DNA of 64,000 nucleotides. Origin: an uncultured Bacteroidales bacterium. Lineage in GTDB: Bacteria > Bacteroidota > Bacteroidia > Bacteroidales > UBA932. The stretch is from the NCBI GenBank assembly GCA_905235995.1, contig CAJONI010000052.1, positions 6,107-70,106 of the forward strand, read 5' to 3'. Position numbers and translations under genes: made by a program. Under the pieces are notes generated by a model. The model made no database searches, had not been told where the DNA came from, and saw only the letters and a list, made by a program, of their open reading frames with translations. Below are positions 28,282 through 35,800 of this stretch, in pieces (the first letter of the stretch is position 1; each line of letters starts with the position of its first letter).

Positions 28282-29628
28282 ATGAAAAGAAGAGATTTCC
28301 TCCGTTATTCCGCTCTCGGCGCAGCTGCGACCGTAGTTCCGTTCCAGCTTGCCGGCGCCGCTCCCGCTGCCCCGGCTGCCAAGGCAAAGTCGAAGAACGC
28401 CAAGGTCCAGATGGGCTTCATCGGCCTGGGCCAGCAGGCCATGTACCTGCTAAGCGGCTTCATGTCGATGGACGACGTTCGCGTGGTGGCTGGCTGCGAC
28501 GTGTACGACATCAAGCGAGATCGTTTCGCGCGCCGCGTGAAGGAGCACTACCAGTCCAAGGGCGAGAAGAAGGTGAAGGTCGACATGTATGAGGACTATC
28601 AGGACCTCCTGGCTCGTCCCGACATCGACGCCGTGGTCATCGCTGTGCCCGACCACCAGCATGCCGTCATCGCCATCGCCGCCTGCAAGGCCGGCAAGGA
28701 CATCTACCTTGAGAAACCCATGACCCTGACCATCTACGAGGGCCAGCAGCTGGTGAAAGCCGTGCGCAAGTACAACCGCATCCTGCAGGTCGGTTCGCAG
28801 CAGCGTTCCAGCGAGGAGTTCATCCACGCCGCGACCCTGGCGCGCGAGGGCGAACTGGGCCGGATACGCAAGCTGAAGGTGTACGTGGGCCGCAACGACG
28901 TGAACCCCGTGACCGCCGCTCCCGTGCCCTGCAATCTTCCGCGCATGGAAGTCCCCGCAGGACTCAACTGGGACAAGTGGCTCGGCCCCCTGCCCGAATG
29001 GGTGTACTACCACTCCGACCTCGACCCGGTCATCACTCCCGAGCAGAACGAGCAGCTGTGGGGTGCCTGGCGCTGGTACAAGCCCATGGGCGGCGGCCTG
29101 ATGACCGACTGGGGCGCCCATATGTTCGACATCGCGCAGTGGGCCCTTGGCAAGGACGGCAGCGGCCCCGTGGAGGTGATCCCTCCGGGCTACAGCTTCT
29201 ACGACGCCCTGACCTTCAAGTATGACAACGGTGTGATAGTCTCCGAAGAGCCGTTCGACGGCAGCACGCCGGGCGTGCAGATCTACGGCGACGACGGCTG
29301 GGTGAAGGTGAGCCGCGGCCAGTTCGAGGCCTCGAATCCTGCCTGGAACATGCCTGAGACCAAGAACGACGACGACGTGCCCTACGAGACCAAGGTGGGC
29401 CATCACCGCACCTTTGTCGAGTCGGTGCTCAGCCGCCACGACCCGAATGTGCCCGTGGAAGTGGGCCACTCTTCATGCACCGTCTGCAATCTCGGCAACA
29501 TCGCCATGGAGCTCGGACGCCCCGTGGTCTGGAACCCGATAGTGCAGAAGTTCATGCACGATCCTGAAGCCACGAAACTGCTTCAGTATAAGTATCGTGA
29601 GGGTTTTGAACACGCCCTTGAGGTATGA
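28282..29628 (+). CDS. TAT-exported Gfo/Idh/MocA-family NAD(P)-dependent oxidoreductase
   Basis: Twin-arginine signal MKRRDFLRYSALGAAATVVPF. Rossmann start VQMGFIGLGQQAMY, and AVVIAVPDHQHAVIAIAACKAGKDIYLEKPMT (EKP motif). Confidence 0.88.
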   Translation: MKRRDFLRYSALGAAATVVPFQLAGAAPAAPAAKAKSKNAKVQMGFIGLGQQAMYLLSGFMSMDDVRVVAGCDVYDIKRDRFARRVKEHYQSKGEKKVKVDMYEDYQDLLARPDIDAVVIAVPDHQHAVIAIAACKAGKDIYLEKPMTLTIYEGQQLVKAVRKYNRILQVGSQQRSSEEFIHAATLAREGELGRIRKLKVYVGRNDVNPVTAAPVPCNLPRMEVPAGLNWDKWLGPLPEWVYYHSDLDPVITPEQNEQLWGAWRWYKPMGGGLMTDWGAHMFDIAQWALGKDGSGPVEVIPPGYSFYDALTFKYDNGVIVSEEPFDGSTPGVQIYGDDGWVKVSRGQFEASNPAWNMPETKNDDDVPYETKVGHHRTFVESVLSRHDPNVPVEVGHSSCTVCNLGNIAMELGRPVVWNPIVQKFMHDPEATKLLQYKYREGFEHALEV

Positions 29629-32600
29629 GAAGGCTTTTCGCTTTAACCATTGCGCTTGTCGTGCTCTCCGCCTGTGGCGGCGGGCACGACGCCGCTTTCG
29701 GCCCTGCCGACGAGGCGGCGTTCCTGCAGCCTCCCAAGGACAACTACCCCGAGACCTGGTTCCATTTCATCGGCGGCAACGTCTCGAAGGAGGGCATAGA
29801 CGCCGACCTTGAGGCCATCGCCGGGGCCGGTATTTCCGGCATCCACTGGTTCCATGGCTATTTCGGCGGCCCCTGGCCTGCCACGGGACATCAGCTGACC
29901 ACCCTCAGCCCCGAGTGGGAGGACATGGTGAGCTATCTCGGCCGCAGGGCCGACAGCCTTGGCCTGAGGCTCACGATACAGACCTGCCCCGGCTGGTCCA
30001 TGGCCGGCGGGCCCTGGATCACGCCCGAGGAGGCCATGCGGATGCTTGTCTGGTCGCGTACCGACATTCCCGCAGGGAGCAGTGCCGTCGCGCCGCTGCC
30101 CGTCGGCGAGCCTTCCTCCGAGGAGTGGCGTGACTACCGCGACATCTCCGTGCTGGCCTTTCCCACGCCGCTCGGCGATACGGGAGAGCCGCTGAGACCC
30201 ATTGTCACCGAGGCTTCCGATCCGCACTGGAAGGCGCTGCTGGAAGGCAGTCTGCCCGGGGGGCTCGATATAAAGGCGGGCTCCACCGCGCGGGTGGCGT
30301 TTACTCTTCCAGAGGGTACGGTGGTCCGTACGCTTCAACTGCCGCCCATCGGCGCCATCTCACACGCCTAGGTCTACGACCCCGGTATCAAGGTCCGTCT
30401 TACGGCGGAGACTTCCGATGGGGAAGCGGTGCTGGTCGATGCGGCCCTGCCCATGGGCAACTGGCAGGACGGCAGCCCTGCCGACTTCGAGTTCGCCTGC
30501 AATGAAGCATTTGACGTTCAGCGCTATGTGCTGACCTTGACCAATGCCCATCCGGGCCATATAGAAGCGATACGCCTCTTCTCTGCCGCGCGCAAGAACA
30601 GCTGGCGGGGCGAGGCGGGCTGGACGCTGACCGGAAAGGAACTGTATCAGGAGCACACTGTGCAGGACCCCAGGGCTTTCGTGCAGCTTGAAAACGTGCT
30701 CGACCTGAGCGACTGCCTCCTGGCCGACGGCACTCTCGACTGGACTGCACCGGACGGCGATCTGCCGCAAGGAAGCTGGACGGTGCTCCGCATCGGCCAC
30801 GTCAACTCCGGACGGCAGAACGGTCCGGCACCTCCCGAGGCCACGGGCTGGGAATGCAACAAGTTCGACCCTGCAGGGGCCGAGAGCCAGTTCTCGCACT
30901 ATGTGGGCATGCTGCAGGACGGGCCGCTGGGCGGTCTTGCCGGAGGCATGCTCATGGACAGCTGGGAGTGCAAGACCCAGACCTGGACCGTTGGGATGGA
31001 AGACGAATTCGCCGACGCCGCGGGCTACGAACTCTCCCGCAGGCTGCCTGCGCTGATGGGCTATGTGATTGACAGCCAGGAGGCTACGAGCCGTTTCCTG
31101 ACCGACTGGCGCCGTACCGTGAACTTCCTGTACTGCGAGTATTTCTTCCGTCTCATGACCGACATGGCCCACGAGAAGGGCATGAGGGTGGAATATGAGA
31201 CGGCTGGCGGAGACGTGGTGACCATGGACCCTCTGGAATACTTCAAGTATGCCGACATACCCATGTGCGAATTCTGGCAGCCCTTCTCCGAGGGTTATGT
31301 GGGCGATCTGGATTTCAAGCCCATACGTCCCACTGCCTCGGCAGCGCACATCTACGGCAAGCGCCGCGTGGACGCCGAGAGCTTCACCAGTTTCTCACTC
31401 ACCTGGGACGAACACTGGCAGATGCTCCGCGAGGTGGCTTCGTTCAACATGGCTCAGGGCGTGACGCACAACGTGTTCCATACCTATACCCACAATCCTC
31501 AGATTGGCTTCCTGCCTCCGGGGACAAGTTTCGGCAACGGCATCGGGTCGCCGTTCCTGCGTGGCCAGACCTGGTGGAAGTACATGCACGAATTTACGGA
31601 CTGCCTGGCGCGCATGAGCTACATGCTGGAGCGCGGCCTGCCCGTGAAAGACGTGCTCTGGTACCTCGGCGACGAGGTGGGACACAAGCCATTCCAGTAC
31701 ACGGGCAGCGGCGCCCGCCAGTCGGGCGACATCCGTTTCCCGGAGGGCTTCGACTACGACTACTGCAATCCCGACGTGCTGATCAACAGGCTGAGTGTCA
31801 AGGACGGACGTCTGTTTACGCCTGAAGGGATCTCGTATTCCGTGCTCTGGATTCCGGAGAACGAGCGCATGCTGCCCGAGACCGTGGAAAGGCTCTACGA
31901 GCTGATCTATGACGGTGCGCGGGTCATTGCCGCTCCGCCCGTGGCTCCCGCGACACTGCGGCCCGGAGTGGAGGACCGTTTCGAGAGAGCTGTCGAATCG
32001 GTATGGGGCGAGGCAGAGGCCGGCTCCATAAGCTCTCTCGGAAAAGGCCGGCTTGCCGTCGGCACAGGCCTCGACGAGGCCCTCGTCGCTTTCGGCCTGC
32101 AGCCGCACTTCGCCGATGGCGGCGCTGAACTGTCGTGGTGCGAACGCGAGGCTCCCGGCGCCCGCTGGTTCTTCATTGCCCCCGCGCCTGGACGTGGTTT
32201 CACCGGGACGGTGCAGCTGCGAGGGGAGGGGACTCCCTGCTGGTGGGATCCGGTCGACGGAAGCATAGGCTCGTTGGAGTTCGTCCGCGAAGGCTCGATG
32301 GTTCAGGTCGCTCTCGACCTGGCCAGGGCCCAGAGCGGTTTCGTGGTGCTTCGCGATGAGGTCTCGGACAGCCTGAAGCCGGCGTTTCCCGTGCTTTCCG
32401 CTGAGAATGGGATCGTTCCCGAAGGATGGAAGCTCAGTTTCCCCATGGGTTGGGGAGCTCCTTCCGGTCCTGTCGCCCTGGAGCGGCTCGTTCCCTGGAT
32501 GGATCTTCCGATAGGTAAGGAGGGACGCGCCTTCTCCGGCACGGCGACCTACGAGGCGTCGTTTGTCGTTCCGGAGGGACAGGCCGACGCCGACATGGTG

Positions 32601-32882
32601 CTCGACCTTGGCGTGGTCGACATGATCGCTGAAGTTGAGGTCAATGGCCGGCCTGCGGGTGTCGTATGGTGCGAGCCATATCGTCTGCCCTTGGAGGGCC
32701 TTCTGAAAGAAGGATCCAACAGCCTGACAGTCAAGGTGACAAGCACCTGGTACAACCGTCTGGCCTACGATGCGTCCCTTCCGGAGCAGCAGCGAAAGAC
32801 CTGGACCATCGCCGGTCCCGCCCCAGGCAGCCCTCTCCGCCCCTCCGGCCTCTTGGGCCCTGTGGTGATACACGATCCGTAG
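29625..32882 (+). pseudogene. GH106-like glycosidase gene (copy b) interrupted by one in-frame TAG at 30369-30371
   Basis: The reading frame is the same on both sides of the stop: ...LQLPPIGAISHA*VYDPGIKVRLTAETSDGEAVLVDAALPMGNWQDG.... The N-terminal part has family blocks WFHFIGGNVSKEGIDADLEAIAGAGISGIHWF and QTCPGWSMAGGPWITPEEAM. The C-terminal part ends with the family tail LDLGVVDMIAEVEVNGRPAGVVW...VTSTWYNRLAYD...PSGLLGPVVIHD. The ORF-track fragments are 29625-30371 and 30429-32882, the latter beginning at an internal GTG. The start overlaps the upstream stop (ATGA). Confidence 0.7.
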
Positions 32883-32903
32883 ATTATTAAATGAGATAAA
32901 ACC

Positions 32904-35081
32904 ATGAAAAGACCGTTTCTCGCACTCCTGCTGCTTGCAGGCATATCCTTTAGCCTGTCCGCACAGGATGTATATGTGGCGGAAGGCCGTTTCTGCGCCG
33001 GCGACGACACTGCCTGGGCGGCGCCCGGCTTCGACGACAGTGCGTGGCAGATACTTGGCTTCGAGAAGGACTGGAGTCTCCAGGGCATCGATCTGACCAA
33101 TGGCTTCGGCTGGTACAGATTACATGTGGTGATTCCGTCGAGCCTGAAGAAAGGCGTCACCGACAAGCTGCTCCTCGACCTTGGTCCCATCGACGACACC
33201 GACGAGACCTTCCTCAACGGCGTCCTGGTGGGAAAGACCGGCCGCGACGGCACCGATCCCGCTGGATTCTACGAGATGTGGGAGGAGCCGCGACGATACG
33301 TCGTCGACCCTGGTCTGGTGAACTGGGACGGCGAGAATGTGATAGCGGTACGCGTCTACAACGGCGCCGGGGAGGGAGGCTTTTACGCTGGTGCGGCGCG
33401 CATCGGGAAGCCCGTCCTCTCCGATTTCGTGACCATGACCGTGAAGCGGACTCCCAATTCCTTCGAGACGGTTTTCTCCAGTCTGACGAAGACTCAGGGA
33501 ACGCTGGAAGTAGTTGTGGAAGATGTATTTACGAACAAGGAAACTTCTCATGAGACCCGTACTGTCAAGCTTTCCCCCAAGAAGGAAACCCGCCTTGGCC
33601 GGGCCACAGGCCAAAACACCCGCGTGAGGGTGAAATACAGTGATTCCAGGTTCGGAGAGGAACTTGCCGAAATTTTCAGCATGCCCTACATCCTCACTCC
33701 CAAGGCTCCCGCAACCCCGCGCTACAACGGCCCGCTGGTGTTCGGGGTGAGGCCCGGTTCGCCGGTGATCTTCCGTCTGGCATTCTCTGGCGAGCGGCCC
33801 ATGGTCTTTGACGCCGAAGGTCTGCCTGAAGGCGTGGTACTCAACCCTGAGGATGGTGTGCTGGGCGGCAGCGTATCCGAGGCCGGCGACTATCCCGTGG
33901 TGTTCACGGCGACCAACGCTCTCGGCTCCGCCAGCGTGGAATTCACGCTCAAAGTGGGCGAGACCATCGCCCTCACCCCGCCCATGGGCTGGAATTCCTG
34001 GAACTGCTGGGGCACCAGCGTCTCCCAGGAGAAGGTGATGGCCTCGGCGGCGGCCCTGGTCAACCGCGGCCTGGCCGACTACGGCTACAGCTACATCAAC
34101 ATCGACGATGCCTGGGAGGCCGATGAAAGGGCCGCCGACGGCAGCATACTCACCAATTCCAAGTTCCCCGACATGAAGGCGCTGGGCGACTGGCTCCATT
34201 CGCGCGGGCTGCGGCTGGGCATCTACTCCAGCCCGGGCGACCTCACCTGCGGCGGCTATCTCGGGACCCTGGGCCACGAGGCTCAGGACGCCGCGACCTG
34301 GAACGAATGGGGAGTGGACTACCTCAAATACGACTGGTGCGGCTATTCAAAGGTCTACAATGCCCAGAACGACCATTCCACCGCTTCCTACGTGCGTCCT
34401 TACCTTAAGATGCAGGAGTATCTGCGCCAGCAGCCCCGCGACATCTTCTATTCGCTGTGCCAGTACGGCATGGCCGAGGTATGGACCTGGGGGCACGCCG
34501 TGGATGCGAACTCATGGCGCACTACCGGTGACATCAGTGATACCTGGGAATCGGTCCGCACCATCGGTTTCGCTCTCCAGAAGGAGCTTTATCCCTACGC
34601 CGGTCCGGGACATTGGAACGACCCTGACATGCTGGTGGTGGGCAAGGTGGGCTGGGGCGAAAGGCTCCACGACAGCCGCCTGACTCCCGACGAGCAGTAC
34701 AGCCACATCAGCCTCTGGTCGCTGCTGGCGTCCAACATGCTGATAGGCTGCCCTATCGACCAGATAGACGACTTCACCTTCAACCTGCTGTGCAACAACG
34801 AAGTGAATGCCGTGAACCAGGACATCCTCGGCAGGCAGGCGCGTTGTCTGGTGGAGGAGGACGGGTTCCAGATCTGGGCCAGGGAGCTCTCCGACGGAGG
34901 CACTGCCGTCGGCATCTTCAATCTCAATGAAGACGCTGCGCCGGTCGACCTGGCGGGTTGTCTGGCAAAGATAGGCATAGAGGGTGTCGACACTGTCCGC
35001 GACCTGTGGCGCCAGCAGGACATCCCCATGGGCACCTACGTAATCGCCCCCCACGGCGTCCGCTACGTAAAGGTAAGATAG
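32904..35081 (+). CDS. GH27-family glycosidase with an N-terminal galactose-binding-like domain and an Ig-like domain; copy b
   Basis: The architecture and motifs match 10318-12498: LTPPMGWNSWNCW, YINIDDAWE, VDYLKYDWCGY and NSWRTTGDISDTW. There is a signal peptide, MKRPFLALLLLAGISFSLSAQ. Confidence 0.88.
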   Translation: MKRPFLALLLLAGISFSLSAQDVYVAEGRFCAGDDTAWAAPGFDDSAWQILGFEKDWSLQGIDLTNGFGWYRLHVVIPSSLKKGVTDKLLLDLGPIDDTDETFLNGVLVGKTGRDGTDPAGFYEMWEEPRRYVVDPGLVNWDGENVIAVRVYNGAGEGGFYAGAARIGKPVLSDFVTMTVKRTPNSFETVFSSLTKTQGTLEVVVEDVFTNKETSHETRTVKLSPKKETRLGRATGQNTRVRVKYSDSRFGEELAEIFSMPYILTPKAPATPRYNGPLVFGVRPGSPVIFRLAFSGERPMVFDAEGLPEGVVLNPEDGVLGGSVSEAGDYPVVFTATNALGSASVEFTLKVGETIALTPPMGWNSWNCWGTSVSQEKVMASAAALVNRGLADYGYSYINIDDAWEADERAADGSILTNSKFPDMKALGDWLHSRGLRLGIYSSPGDLTCGGYLGTLGHEAQDAATWNEWGVDYLKYDWCGYSKVYNAQNDHSTASYVRPYLKMQEYLRQQPRDIFYSLCQYGMAEVWTWGHAVDANSWRTTGDISDTWESVRTIGFALQKELYPYAGPGHWNDPDMLVVGKVGWGERLHDSRLTPDEQYSHISLWSLLASNMLIGCPIDQIDDFTFNLLCNNEVNAVNQDILGRQARCLVEEDGFQIWARELSDGGTAVGIFNLNEDAAPVDLAGCLAKIGIEGVDTVRDLWRQQDIPMGTYVIAPHGVRYVKVR

Positions 35082-35107
35082 GCCCGGGCCGTATCCGCTT
35101 GCTTTTC

Positions 35108-35740
35108 CTACGGGATCGAGGTGCCGTGGAATTCGGTGGCGTGGGTTGCGGCGAGCAGGGCGGGGAGATTGTGGGGCTTGACGCCGGAGCCCGGCATGAC
35201 GATCAGGCGGCCGCCGGCCTGGTCGACCAGCCGCGCTATCAGGTCGCGGCCCTCCCATGCCGTAGCCTCCTTCCCGGATGTCAGCAGGCGCTCGCATCCC
35301 AGGCCTATGATGGCTTCCAGGGCTTCTGAAGCATCCTGGGTGGAGACATCGAAGGCACGGTGGAAAGTGACCGACAGGGGCCGGGCGGCTGCAATCATTC
35401 GCCTCATCGCCTCCATGTCTATGCTGCCGTCAGGGTTAAGCGCACCTATCACCACTCCGGCGGCACCGTACTTCCTGCACCATCCTATCTCCTCCACCAT
35501 GCGTCCCACAGTCTCGTCGTCGTAGACGAAATCGGCGGTCGAGAACTCCCTGGCAGTGGTGCGGATGAGCACGTTGACGGGAATGGAACAGGCACCGACC
35601 ACATCCTGAATGAGTTCCGGTGGGGGAGTCGTTCCTCCGACGGCCAGGTTTACGCAGAGTTCGATACGGGAAGTGCCGCGGGCCTGGGCGGCAAGAGCCT
35701 CCTCCAGGGTGGTGCAACAGGTTTCTGTGAAAATCTTCAT
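35108..35740 (-). CDS. cutC: CutC-family TIM-barrel protein (annotated 'copper homeostasis'; true role uncertain)
   Basis: The ATG is at 35740: MKIFTETCCTTLEEALAAQARGTSRIELCVNLAVGGTTPP...FHRAFD...GCERLLTSG...IMPGSGV, which is the CutC (PF03932) pattern. No signal peptide is present. This gene and the GH27 copy-a gene (10318-12498) are the only minus-strand genes between 8.5 and 62.3 kb. Confidence 0.8.
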   Translation of the reverse strand: MKIFTETCCTTLEEALAAQARGTSRIELCVNLAVGGTTPPPELIQDVVGACSIPVNVLIRTTAREFSTADFVYDDETVGRMVEEIGWCRKYGAAGVVIGALNPDGSIDMEAMRRMIAAARPLSVTFHRAFDVSTQDASEALEAIIGLGCERLLTSGKEATAWEGRDLIARLVDQAGGRLIVMPGSGVKPHNLPALLAATHATEFHGTSIP

Positions 35741-35800
35741 GGGACAAAAGTACAAAAAGTATTTCCCCGTCAGGACAAAAATGGCTAACTTTATGATGCA

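Noticed and set aside
30369-30371. Genome-wide reassignment of TAG as a sense codon
   Set aside because: TAG terminates many well-delimited genes in this window at the expected family C-termini, for example at 495-497, 18640-18642, 23948-23950, 28243-28245, 35079-35081, 40010-40012, 52446-52448, 58443-58445 and 61374-61376.
30429-32882. Treating 30429-32882 as an independent gene with a GTG start
   Set aside because: Family-like sequence continues in the same frame upstream of the GTG, back to the TAG at 30369-30371. The fragment would lack a signal peptide and the N-terminal catalytic part. It is better explained as the distal part of an interrupted GH106-like gene.
10318-35081. The GH27 pair as a recent segmental duplication or the ends of a mobile cassette
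   Set aside because: Synonymous positions differ frequently between the copies, the flanks share no repeat, and no mobility gene is present. This looks like an old paralogy rather than a recent or mobile duplication.
35082-35107. The palindrome ggcccgggcc after GH27b, considered as a terminator
   Set aside because: It is a perfect 10-nt palindrome with no loop and no adjacent U-tract, so it is unlikely to form a functional intrinsic terminator.
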